IMG/VR virus record: IMGVR_UViG_3300031228_000026
Location: 1 to 25,984 of that record
Direction: 5' to 3' (one strand)
DNA: 25,984 nt
Source: a virus
Taxonomy: Duplodnaviria > Caudoviricetes
Of this stretch, positions 8,833-17,773 are shown one piece after another. The notes under the pieces are model-generated. The model had not been told where the DNA came from. It made no database searches and saw only the letters and a list, made by a program, of their open reading frames with translations. The position numbers and the translations under genes were made by a program. Positions within the stretch are counted from its first letter, which is position 1; every line of letters starts with the position of its first letter.

Positions 8833-9159
8833 ATGCCCGCACGATTCAGGATGTCCAATAGGGGTGTCGGGCAGCTGCTGCGGTCGCCGATGGTCCTGTC
8901 GGAGATGGTTCGCCGGGCCGAGGTCATCAAGGGTGTGGCGGAGGGGATCGCACCCGTCGGCGGCCCGGAGGACCCGCACCGCGGCCTGTACAAGGGCAGC
9001 TTCTTCGTGCAGCCGGTGCCGCGTGGCGGTCGGCGCCGGGACCGTGCCGTCGCCATCGTCGGCAACACGGCCCCCTACGGCCGGCACGTGGAGTACGGCA
9101 CGGAACGGGTCAGGGCCCACCACGTCCTCCTGCGGGCGGCCCAGGCCGGTGGTCGCTGA
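8833..9159 (+). CDS. Neck/tail completion protein (HK97 gp10-like); start could be 8824, 8830 or 8833
   Basis: GIAPV...GLYKGSF...NTAPYGRHVEYGT motif; GAGGTG at 8821. Confidence 0.78.
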   Translation: MPARFRMSNRGVGQLLRSPMVLSEMVRRAEVIKGVAEGIAPVGGPEDPHRGLYKGSFFVQPVPRGGRRRDRAVAIVGNTAPYGRHVEYGTERVRAHHVLLRAAQAGGR

Positions 9160-9557
9160 TGGCTGCCATCGGCTCGGTCGATGTCGAGCTGGAGCTGATC
9201 GGCTGGACACAGGCTCGCGTCCCCACAGGCGTGCTCGTGCGCGACGAGCTGGACAACAACCTGCTCGAGGAACTGCCGACGGTGCAGCTCGAGGTCGTCG
9301 GCGGTGACGACGACGGCTTCCGCCTGGACCGGCCGCTCGTCGACGTCAACGTCTACGCGGCGACCCGCGGCGACGCCGTCGCCCTGGCCGCGACCGTGCA
9401 CGCCCTCTACCTGACCGAGCTGCGCGGATCGAAGACGGCGAACGCCGTCTTCGGCATGGTGCGCACGGTTAGCCGACCCGCTGTCCGCCCCTACGAGAAC
9501 ACGGCGCTGCGACGCGTCGGAGCCACCTACGAGATCTTCTGTCACCCGGTCGACTGA
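9159..9557 (+). CDS. Tail terminator protein
   Basis: VGGDDDGFRLDRPLVDVNVYA pattern; TGATG coupling; immediately before the tail tube gene. Confidence 0.72.
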   Translation: MAAIGSVDVELELIGWTQARVPTGVLVRDELDNNLLEELPTVQLEVVGGDDDGFRLDRPLVDVNVYAATRGDAVALAATVHALYLTELRGSKTANAVFGMVRTVSRPAVRPYENTALRRVGATYEIFCHPVD

Positions 9558-9626
9558 CCGGTCGGGCCCGCGCCGGACCCATCAACACCCGCCCGTGCGC
9601 GGGCTTCTTCCATGTCTGGAGACATC

Positions 9627-10211
9627 ATGGTCAACATCACCCGCGCTGCGGATCTCACCATGGTCGGTGCGAACGGCGGGGCTTGGGTCGCGCCGGTCGG
9701 CACCCCGGCCCTGGCGTCGCCGCTGACGCATCCCACAGATCCGTGGGCCGCGCTCGGTGCGATCTCCGACGACGGTCTCGTCAACGGCTGGGACGAGGAA
9801 AGCCAGACCTTCACCCCGTGGGGCCTGACCTCGCCGTTCCGCACCCAGATCACCCAGTCGGTGCGCACGTTCTCGATGACGATGTGGGAGACGTCCCGGC
9901 TGCCGGTGATGTCGCTGCACTACCGCATCGACGAGGCCGACCTCGCGCCGGTGGGCGACATCACCTCGTTCGCGGAGACCGCGAGCCCGGTCCCGGACCG
10001 CCGCGCGTTCTGGTTCCTCGTCATCGACGGCGACAGCTACCGCGGCTTCTACGTGCCCGAGGGCGAGATCAGCGAGCGCTCGGACGTCACGTACAAGCAG
10101 GACGAGATCTCGGGCTTCGAGTGGACGATCACCACGTACCCGGACGACGCGGGGAACACCGTGTACCACGTCGACAAGATCCCCACGACGCCAGCGGACC
10201 CGCTGTCCTGA
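9627..10211 (+). CDS. Major tail (tube) protein
   Basis: WVAPVGT..P...WAALGAISDDG, FTPWG, FLVIDGD and TITTYPD motifs; GGAG at 9618-9621 favours ATG 9627. Confidence 0.9.
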   Translation: MVNITRAADLTMVGANGGAWVAPVGTPALASPLTHPTDPWAALGAISDDGLVNGWDEESQTFTPWGLTSPFRTQITQSVRTFSMTMWETSRLPVMSLHYRIDEADLAPVGDITSFAETASPVPDRRAFWFLVIDGDSYRGFYVPEGEISERSDVTYKQDEISGFEWTITTYPDDAGNTVYHVDKIPTTPADPLS

Positions 10212-10214
10212 GCT

Positions 10215-10259
10215 GGACGGGCGGGCCTTTCTGCTGGCGCGGGCCCGGCCCGCCCGTCC
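10215..10259 (+). terminator. 13-bp stem-loop after the tail tube gene (terminator/attenuator-like)
   Basis: GGACGGGCGGGCC (10215-10227) pairs perfectly with GGCCCGCCCGTCC (10247-10259), followed by TTT. Confidence 0.7.
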
Positions 10260-10299
10260 TTTACCCCTTGCCCGCGCCATGATCTTGGAGGCCCGCGCC

Positions 10300-10632
10300 A
10301 TGACCGCGAAGACCGAAGACGTGACCTCTGCCGAAGCGCAGGAGATCGAAGCGACCGGCCACTACGTATCTGCCGAGTTGTGCGGCAAGACGCTGGAGAT
10401 CGTCCCGCCCGGCGCGTGGCGCCAGTCGTGGCAGCGAAAGCTGAAGGCCGGAGACATGGACGCCTTCCTCGAGGAGGTCCTCAGCCCCGACTCCTACGAC
10501 GTGTACCTCGATCTCGATCCCACGAACGACGAGATCGGCGAGTTCCTGAACACGGCCGGTGAGACCGCGGGCGAGCCGGTGGGAAAGTCCAGTGGACCGC
10601 GGGCGTCGTCGAGGACCACGCGGAGGCGGTAG
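10300..10632 (+). CDS. Tail assembly chaperone, short form (lambda gpG-like)
   Basis: Between tail tube and TMP; GGAGG at 10287-10291; contains slippery heptamer. Confidence 0.85.
   Translation: MTAKTEDVTSAEAQEIEATGHYVSAELCGKTLEIVPPGAWRQSWQRKLKAGDMDAFLEEVLSPDSYDVYLDLDPTNDEIGEFLNTAGETAGEPVGKSSGPRASSRTTRRR
10581..10587 (+). promoter_or_regulatory. Programmed -1 ribosomal frameshift site GGGAAAG
   Basis: G GGA AAG in the correct phase, identical to the lambda G-T heptamer; the -1 frame is open to 11039. Confidence 0.9.
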
Positions 10633-11039
10633 AGGCCGACCTGTGGCGCTACTACCAGCGCGACCTGCTCGACGTGCACCGCGGCGATATGACGTGGCGG
10701 CAGCTCCGGGTCCTGATCCAGCATCTGCCGCCCGAGTCGGCCACGATGACCGCCCTGCGGAACGCCCTGACCCCGGAGGAGTACGAGGCGCAGGCCGGCA
10801 AGGGCAAGCCGGAAGAGGGCCGCTGGTCGATGGCCGAGCAGCTTCTCGCCGGGATCACCGACTCGCTGCATCAGCTGGAGTACATCCTCGTCGTCGCCAA
10901 CTCGAGCGGTAAGGGCCGCAAGCCCAAGCGGCCGGAGCCGATGCGGCGCCCCGGGGTCACCCCGAAGACGGAGCGGACGCAGATGTCCGACACGGCCCGG
11001 GACAAGCTGTTCGAGCTCATCAACGGAGGCGCGGCCTGA
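10587..11039 (+). CDS. Tail assembly chaperone C-terminal extension (gpT-like), read by -1 frameshift to give a 10300-11039 fusion
   Basis: -1 frame reads VQWTAGVVEDHAEAVEADLWRYYQRDLLDVHRGDMTWRQLRVLIQHLP..., continuous with ORF 10674-11039. Confidence 0.85.
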   Translation, partial: VQWTAGVVEDHAEAVEADLWRYYQRDLLDVHRGDMTWRQLRVLIQHLPPESATMTALRNALTPEEYEAQAGKGKPEEGRWSMAEQLLAGITDSLHQLEYILVVANSSGKGRKPKRPEPMRRPGVTPKTERTQMSDTARDKLFELINGGAA

Positions 11040-11060
11040 CGCGCGGAAGGAGGGCCTTCC

Positions 11061-14000
11061 GTGGCGATCCAGGTCGGTTCCGTCGAAGTCGACGTCATCC
11101 CGAACACGCGCGGGATCTACAACCGTCTGCGTGCCGGTCTGGTACCGGCTGCGACGCGTGCCGGTGAGGACGCTGGCCGGGCGGCTGGGCGCGCGTTCGG
11201 GCCTGCCATGTCCGGGGCTGTCGACGACACGGTGGCGACCCGGATCGGCCAGCAGCTCGGGCAGCAGATCGCCCTGCGCATCACCGCGTCCATCCGGGAT
11301 GCGATGCGGAACGGCATCACGCAGGGCGGGCGCATGGCCCGCCCTGCGGCCGTGCGTGAGGGCGACAACACGGGTGGCGCGTTCTCTCGCGCGTTGAAGA
11401 CCCGTCTTGAGGCGGCGTTCCGATCGCTGCCGAAAATCAACATCGACGCGAACACCAGCGAGGCCGACGCGGACTTGCAGGCGCTGCGGGTCCGTATGGA
11501 GTCGCTCTCGAACAAGCGCATCGGTATCGACATCGACGCGGGGGCGGCGCGGGCGGAGATTCGGCTCATCGAGGCCGAGCTGACTCGGCTTGGTGCCAAG
11601 CATCCGAACGTGCAGGTCCGCGCCGACACAGCATCCGCCCTCGCTGAACTGGCCGCAGTCCATGCGGCGATCGACGCCGTGGACGGCAAGCGGGCCCGGG
11701 TCGACGTCGACACATCCGGTGCGGTGGGGGCGATTCTGCACCTCGCGGTCGCTATCGGCGGCCTTGCGCTCATCCCCGCCATTCCGATCCTCGCTGCGGG
11801 TATCGGCGCGATCGGCGCCGCAGCGGTTGCCGCGTCCGTGGGTGTCGGCGCGCTGGTCGCTGTCGCGGTGCCTGCCTTCATCAGCATCGGCGGCGCTCTG
11901 CAGGCACAGAAGGCCGCGCAGGAAGCGGCCACCAACTCCACGCTCCGCGGCGCCCAGGCCGCGTCGCAGGGCGCCTCCCGCGCGCTGCAAATGGCCGGCG
12001 CCCAGCAGGCGCTCGCCTCGGCAGAGCGCAATGGCGCCCGCCAGATCGCCCAGGCTCAGCAGCAGGTCCGGCAGGCGAAGACTTCCGCGGCGGACGCGAT
12101 CATGCAGGCCGCGGAGCGCAACGCCCAGGCCGCGCAGGCGATCGAGGACGCCGAGCGCTCCCTTGTCCGCTCGCAGCGCGATGCCCGCCGCGCACAGCAG
12201 GATCTGACGGACGCCCGGCGTGAGGCCGCCCTCGAGCTCGAGGACCTGAACGCCCGGCTGGCCGGCGCGCAGCTGTCGGAGCGCGACGCCGTGCTCGGCG
12301 TGCGGGAAGCGCAGACCGAGCTGAACGCGGCCCGCGCCCGCGGCGCGAAGGGGCTGGAGCTCGAGCGCGCCCAGCTCGCCTACGACCAGGCCGTACAGCG
12401 GCTCAAGGACCAGACAACAGAGACGAAGCGCCTCCAGTCGGAGACGTCCAAGGCGACCAAGGCCGGCGTCGAGGGCTCGGACACAGTCCGCTCCGCGCAG
12501 GATCGGCTGGCGCAGGCTCAGGAGCAGGTCGAGGACCGCACCAGGGCGGTACGGGACGCCCAAGCTGAGGCCGCCCGCACTCAGGTGCAGACGGCTCGGC
12601 AGGTTGCTCAGGCTCAGGAGCGGGTCAGTGAGGCGACGGCGAACGTCGCCCGGGCTCAGCAGTCCGCTGCCGAAGCTGTGGCGAACGCCCAGCGTCAGAT
12701 TGCCTCCGCGTCGCTGTCTGCGGCCGGGGGCGTCGATCAGGCTGCCATCGCGCAGGCGAAGTACAAGGCTGCCCTGGCGAAGATGACCCCGGCGGCCCGT
12801 CAGACGTTCGACGCGTTCAATTCGCTCCGGACCGCTTTCGGCGCCTGGTCGCGGTCGCTGCAGCCTGCCGTGATGCCGATCTTCACCCGGGCACTGAACG
12901 GGATCAAGAACAGCCTGCCGGGACTGACGCCGTTCGTCCTTGCCGCGGCGAAGGCCATCGGCAATCTGCAGGACCGGGTGAGCGCGGGCTTCAAGTCGCC
13001 GTGGTGGAAGCAGTTCAAGAAGGAGCTGGCCGGTTCGGTGGGGCCAGCGATCGAGGGGCTCGGTATCGCCTTCGGCCGGACCTTCAAGGGCATGGCCGGC
13101 CTCGTCCAGGCATTCCTGCCGCACATGACCACGATCTCGGAGATCATGCAGCGGATCACGGGCCGCTTCGCGAACTGGGCCACGAACTTGAAGGGATCGC
13201 CCGGGTTCGAGAACTTCCTCGCCTACGCGGCAGAGATGGCCCCGGTGGTGGCGAGTTCGCTGCGCGACATCGGCGGCGCCGTCCTGCGGGTCGCCAAGGC
13301 GCTTGCTCCTGCCGCCACGATCGCCTACCTCGCCCTGGGCGCTGTCGCCAGGGTCATCGGATCCATCGCAGAGCACCTTCCGTGGCTGATCCAGCTGATC
13401 TATGCGGCCTGGATCGCGACGAAGCTCTGGACGCTGGCGATGATCGTCTTCAACCTGGTGATGAACGCGAACCCGATCACGCTGATCATCATCGGGATCA
13501 TCGCCCTCGTTGCCGCGGTCATCTACGCCTACAAGAACTTCGAGTGGTTCCGCAAGATCGTGGATGCTGCCTGGTCAGGCATCAAGACGGCTGCGCTCTG
13601 GGTGTGGAACAACGCCCTGAAGCCGGTTTTCAACGGAATCTGGACCGCACTGAAAGCCGTGGGCGAAGCCGCCTCGTGGCTGTGGAACACGATTCTTTCG
13701 CCCGTCTTCAGTTTCATCGGAACAGCGGCCAAGTACCTCGCCGTCATCGTCCTGACGATCCTCATCGTCCCGCTGGTGCTGGCCTTCAAGCTGCTCGCCG
13801 CGGTCGCCGGCTGGCTGTGGAAGAACGCGCTCAAGCCCATCTGGGACGCCATTGCTGCCGGCGCAACCTGGCTGTGGAACAAGGCCATCAAGCCGGCGTG
13901 GGACAGCATCAAGAAGGCGTTCGACGTCGTCGGCGCGGCCGCCAAGTGGCTGTGGGACAAGATCCTGTCTCCGGTGTTCGGCTGGATCGGCGACAAGGCG

Positions 14001-15533
14001 AAGTGGCTGTGGGACAAGGCCATCAAGCCCGCCTGGGACAACATCAAGAAGGCGATGCAGATCGTCGGCGATGCGATCAGCATCCTGTGGAACGACTACG
14101 GAAAGCCGATCCTCACGTGGCTCGGCGACAAAGGCAAATGGCTGTGGGACAAGGCGCTTAAGCCCGCGTTCGACAACATCAAAAAGGGTGTCGACGCGGT
14201 CGGTAAGAGCTTCGAGGACGCGAAGGACTTCATCGGCAGAGCCTGGAACAAGATTCAGGACCTGGCGAAGAAGCCCGTGAAGTTCATCATCTCGACGATC
14301 TACAACAAGGGCATCGTCCCGACCTGGAACAAGATCGCCAGCGCGTTCGGTGCGAACCCCCTGAAGAAGATCGAGCTCCCGCAGGGCTTCGCCCGGGGCG
14401 GCGTCCTCCCCGGCTACACGCCCGGCAAGGACGTGCACAAGTTCGTCTCCCCGACCGGCGGCGGCCTCGAACTGTCCGGCGGCGAGGCCATCATGCGGCC
14501 CGAGTTCACCCGCGCCGTCGGCGCCGGCTTCGTGTCCACGATGAACCGCATCGCCACCACCCGGGGCGCCACCGGCGTCAAGGCGGCCCTCGCCCCGGCC
14601 CTCGGCGGCAACGACACCACGCAGCGGTTCGCCGACGGCGGCATCTTCGGCTGGATCGGCAAGACCGCGTCCGGCATCGGATCCGCGGCCTGGGACAAGG
14701 TCAAGGAGGGCGCATCCTGGCTGACTGATGGCCTCGAGAAGTCGGCCCGCGCGGGCATGAAGTACGTCATCGACCCGCTGCTCGCCAAGTTCCCCGGCGC
14801 GGAGACGAACTTCGGCAAGATGATCCGCAAGGTACCGACGAAGATCCTGGACAGCGTCTTCGGCTACTCGAAGGAGGCCGACAAGAAGGGCGCCGGCGGA
14901 ATCGGCGGCCCCCGGATTCAGGCCGCGCTGAAGTGGGCGAAGACCCAGAACGGCCTGCCCTACCAGTGGGGCGGCAACGGCAACCCGTCCTGGGACTGCT
15001 CCGGTTTCCTGTCGGCGATCGAGTCCGTGATCCGCGGGCAGAAGCCGCACCGCCGGTGGGCGACCGGCGCCTTCTCGGGGAAGACGGCGCCGTCGGGCTG
15101 GGTCCTGAACGGCAAGAGCCCGTTCCAGATCGGCATCACGAATGCCGGTGTGGGCCACACGGCGGGCACCCTCGGCCGCGTCAACGTCGAGAGCAGGGGC
15201 GGGGACGGCGTGGTCGTCGGCTCCCGGGCCCGCGGCGCGAACTCGATGATGTTCCCCGACATCTACGGCTACCAGCCTGGCAAGTTCGACTCCGGCGGCT
15301 ACCTGCAGCCGGGCCTGAACCTCGCCTACAACGGCACCGGCCGACCGGAGCCTGTGTTCACCAGCCAGCAGGCCGGCGCGCTGACGCGCATGGCCGCCGC
15401 CCCGGCCGGCGGCGGGACCTTCGAGGGCAAGCTGTTCCTCGACTCCGGCGAGCTGCTCGGCGTCGTGCACGGCGTCATGAACCAGCGGGACCAGCAGCTC
15501 GTCTCGACTCTGCGCGCCGGAAGGAGGGGGTGA
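11061..15533 (+). CDS. Tape measure protein with C-terminal NlpC/P60 peptidase domain
   Basis: 1490 aa, Ala-rich coiled coils, hydrophobic segments, Trp-periodic repeats, FARGG/FADGG/FDSGG motifs, LPYQWGG....WDCSG...GHTAG. Confidence 0.95.
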   Translation: MAIQVGSVEVDVIPNTRGIYNRLRAGLVPAATRAGEDAGRAAGRAFGPAMSGAVDDTVATRIGQQLGQQIALRITASIRDAMRNGITQGGRMARPAAVREGDNTGGAFSRALKTRLEAAFRSLPKINIDANTSEADADLQALRVRMESLSNKRIGIDIDAGAARAEIRLIEAELTRLGAKHPNVQVRADTASALAELAAVHAAIDAVDGKRARVDVDTSGAVGAILHLAVAIGGLALIPAIPILAAGIGAIGAAAVAASVGVGALVAVAVPAFISIGGALQAQKAAQEAATNSTLRGAQAASQGASRALQMAGAQQALASAERNGARQIAQAQQQVRQAKTSAADAIMQAAERNAQAAQAIEDAERSLVRSQRDARRAQQDLTDARREAALELEDLNARLAGAQLSERDAVLGVREAQTELNAARARGAKGLELERAQLAYDQAVQRLKDQTTETKRLQSETSKATKAGVEGSDTVRSAQDRLAQAQEQVEDRTRAVRDAQAEAARTQVQTARQVAQAQERVSEATANVARAQQSAAEAVANAQRQIASASLSAAGGVDQAAIAQAKYKAALAKMTPAARQTFDAFNSLRTAFGAWSRSLQPAVMPIFTRALNGIKNSLPGLTPFVLAAAKAIGNLQDRVSAGFKSPWWKQFKKELAGSVGPAIEGLGIAFGRTFKGMAGLVQAFLPHMTTISEIMQRITGRFANWATNLKGSPGFENFLAYAAEMAPVVASSLRDIGGAVLRVAKALAPAATIAYLALGAVARVIGSIAEHLPWLIQLIYAAWIATKLWTLAMIVFNLVMNANPITLIIIGIIALVAAVIYAYKNFEWFRKIVDAAWSGIKTAALWVWNNALKPVFNGIWTALKAVGEAASWLWNTILSPVFSFIGTAAKYLAVIVLTILIVPLVLAFKLLAAVAGWLWKNALKPIWDAIAAGATWLWNKAIKPAWDSIKKAFDVVGAAAKWLWDKILSPVFGWIGDKAKWLWDKAIKPAWDNIKKAMQIVGDAISILWNDYGKPILTWLGDKGKWLWDKALKPAFDNIKKGVDAVGKSFEDAKDFIGRAWNKIQDLAKKPVKFIISTIYNKGIVPTWNKIASAFGANPLKKIELPQGFARGGVLPGYTPGKDVHKFVSPTGGGLELSGGEAIMRPEFTRAVGAGFVSTMNRIATTRGATGVKAALAPALGGNDTTQRFADGGIFGWIGKTASGIGSAAWDKVKEGASWLTDGLEKSARAGMKYVIDPLLAKFPGAETNFGKMIRKVPTKILDSVFGYSKEADKKGAGGIGGPRIQAALKWAKTQNGLPYQWGGNGNPSWDCSGFLSAIESVIRGQKPHRRWATGAFSGKTAPSGWVLNGKSPFQIGITNAGVGHTAGTLGRVNVESRGGDGVVVGSRARGANSMMFPDIYGYQPGKFDSGGYLQPGLNLAYNGTGRPEPVFTSQQAGALTRMAAAPAGGGTFEGKLFLDSGELLGVVHGVMNQRDQQLVSTLRAGRRG
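13599..14138 (+). repeat. Four tandem 45-codon (26+19 aa) repeats in the TMP
   Basis: WLW-like starts alternate at 26 and 19 residue spacing; AAGTGGCTGTGGGACAAG at 13944 and 14001. Confidence 0.85.
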
Positions 15534-15534
15534 C

Positions 15535-17772
15535 GTGGCGATCCCGGGGAACTTCCTCAGCGAGACCACCAGCACGGTCGACCCGAACACGTCGGGCTGG
15601 GTTGCGCATCTGAACTGCACGATCGGTCACGGTAGCGGCGGGACCGTTACCACAGGCTGCCTGTTCATGAAGTCGGTGGCGGCCGGTGAGATGCAGTGCC
15701 GCACGGTCGCCTCGTACCCGGTGACACCAGGCAACGAGTACACGGCGTTCTCGGACGCCTCGAGTATCACGGCGCCGGAGCGGATCGGCATCCGCTGGCT
15801 GGACGCCGCATCTGCGCAGATCAGCATCACCTGGTCTGTGACCACGGCGTCGGCGACGGCGTCGTGGCACCGGATCGCGGTGGCCGACTGGGCGCCCGAC
15901 GGGGCCGCCTACGCGCAGGTTATTTTCTCGTCCACGCCCGCCGCCGACAACGTGAACACCTTCGCCGACAACGTCTATTTCGGCCTGCCGCAGCGCACCA
16001 CGGGCAACCTGTTGTCGGCGAACGTCGAGACGAGTGAGCGGGCCAGCGGCTGGGAGTACGAGGCGCTCGTCAACTGCACGCTGTCCCGCACGGTGCCGGC
16101 GGTCGGATGGTCGTCGACGAACTATGTCAGCGGCGGGCATGTCGCAACGATGACGGCGACCGGAGCCGGGGATGCTGAGTTCCGCAGCACTGAGCTGCCC
16201 GCGGTCACGCCCGGCACCGAGTACGTGGCCTACGCGTACCTGAGCCCGCCAAGCGTGGGGTCGACAGCGTGGATCGAGCTGCGGTTCTACGACGACACCT
16301 TCGCGCAGATCCAGGCCACGCGGGCAGTGCTTGCCGAGCCCGGCACGGGCTGGTATCGGCAGTACGTGTCCGACGTAGCCCCGGCGAACGCCGCCTATGC
16401 CACGGTCGCGTTCGGCCTGGTCGGCGCGACAGCCGGGCAGGTACTGCGCACCGACGTGGCCGTGATCAGGAACGCGGTCGACTATCTGGCTCCCGGGTCA
16501 GTAGTACCGTTCGCCGACGCGCAGTTCGAGGCGGGCGTGGGCTCTTGGGCTGCTGTGTCCGGGGTGGCTGCCCTGTCACGGCTGGAGCCCTGGGGTACGG
16601 ACGGGCTGTTCACCGCGTACTGCATGAAGGTCACGTCGGCGACCGCGACCACGTCCGTGCTCCGCACCGAAAAGTATGCGGTCGGCGATGCGGCCGGTCA
16701 GTCGTGGACCGCCTCCATCGCAATGAAGGTCATCTCCGGATCATGGACGCTGACCAGGGCTATCCGCTGGTACGACGCCGCTGACACCGATCTCGGGTCC
16801 ACCGCGGATGCCCCCTCAGCGCCGCCCACTCCCGGTTGGTGGCATCTGTCCACGCAACAGACGGCGCCGGCCGGCGCCACGCAGGCGGCGCTCGAGTACA
16901 CACTGACCGCTGGGGCCTTGTCATCCGAGCTGTACGTGGACTGGGCCGGCCTGTGGCAGTCGATGCCTCTGGCCGAGGCTGAGTCGCATCAGGACACGGC
17001 GTCGGTGACGGTCACCCTGAGGGAGCTGCAACTCGGTCGGACGCTCACGCTGTGGCGGACGCTGCCTGACGGGACACGCACCCTGGTGCGCGGCACTGAC
17101 GGGCTCCTCGACGGAGTGGCTGTCACGTCGGAGACGCTGGTCGTCGAGGACTATGAGGCACCGCTCGGCGTGCCGGTCTCCTGGTATGCCGAGGTCCGCG
17201 ACGGTACGGCCGTGAGCCAAACGTACAACGTGGGGCCCGAGACGCTGATCCATGCGGACGCGAATGAAGTGTGGTTGAAGGATCCGGGGAATCCGCAGCG
17301 GAACCTGAAGGTGCTGGTAAAGACCGCTCCGGACTGGCAGCGGCCTATCGGCCAGGCAGAGTTCCGGGTGCGGGGCCGCCGCAACTCGGTGGTGCTGTCG
17401 GACGTCCGGGGCGGCCTTGAGGGCGACCTCGTCATCTGGACCCGCGACGACGAAGAGCGTCAGGCGCTTCACTGGATCCTCAACTCCGGCAACACGCTGC
17501 TGTGGCAGGCCGCGCCGGGCATGGGTGTCGACGACGTGTACGTCAACGTCGGCGGCATCGGCGAGAACCGGATCACCACGTATGCGCCCGAGCAGTGGCG
17601 GGAGTGGACGCTCCCCCTGCGGCAGGCGGACATGCCGACCACGGTCGGTGTCGCCGGCTCGGCGGGCCGCACCTGGCAGGACATCCTCGCCGAACACTCC
17701 ACCTGGCAGGACGTCCTCGACGCCTACGAGACGTGGGAGGACGTGCTCCTCAACCGGCCGATCGGAGCCTGA
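15535..17772 (+). CDS. Minor tail protein: three N-terminal carbohydrate-binding-like repeats plus probable distal tail (Dit) domain
   Basis: Three units sharing GN.L...GW, VTPG.EY, IRW.D and AP..A..A; C-terminal WLKDPG.P...GRRNSVVLSDVR; first gene after TMP. Confidence 0.7.
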   Translation: MAIPGNFLSETTSTVDPNTSGWVAHLNCTIGHGSGGTVTTGCLFMKSVAAGEMQCRTVASYPVTPGNEYTAFSDASSITAPERIGIRWLDAASAQISITWSVTTASATASWHRIAVADWAPDGAAYAQVIFSSTPAADNVNTFADNVYFGLPQRTTGNLLSANVETSERASGWEYEALVNCTLSRTVPAVGWSSTNYVSGGHVATMTATGAGDAEFRSTELPAVTPGTEYVAYAYLSPPSVGSTAWIELRFYDDTFAQIQATRAVLAEPGTGWYRQYVSDVAPANAAYATVAFGLVGATAGQVLRTDVAVIRNAVDYLAPGSVVPFADAQFEAGVGSWAAVSGVAALSRLEPWGTDGLFTAYCMKVTSATATTSVLRTEKYAVGDAAGQSWTASIAMKVISGSWTLTRAIRWYDAADTDLGSTADAPSAPPTPGWWHLSTQQTAPAGATQAALEYTLTAGALSSELYVDWAGLWQSMPLAEAESHQDTASVTVTLRELQLGRTLTLWRTLPDGTRTLVRGTDGLLDGVAVTSETLVVEDYEAPLGVPVSWYAEVRDGTAVSQTYNVGPETLIHADANEVWLKDPGNPQRNLKVLVKTAPDWQRPIGQAEFRVRGRRNSVVLSDVRGGLEGDLVIWTRDDEERQALHWILNSGNTLLWQAAPGMGVDDVYVNVGGIGENRITTYAPEQWREWTLPLRQADMPTTVGVAGSAGRTWQDILAEHSTWQDVLDAYETWEDVLLNRPIGA

Positions 17773-17773
17773 C

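Noticed and set aside
13800-14180. Repeated DNA words as a CRISPR array or DGR template/variable repeat
   Set aside because: Repeats are in-frame coding repeats of the TMP; no cas or reverse transcriptase gene in the window
10494-15620. Very long minus-strand ORFs (960 aa, 681 aa) opposite the TMP, and similar ones opposite terL, MCP and the recombinase
   Set aside because: Shadow frames expected in high-GC coding DNA; no motifs, and they fully overlap well-supported + strand genes
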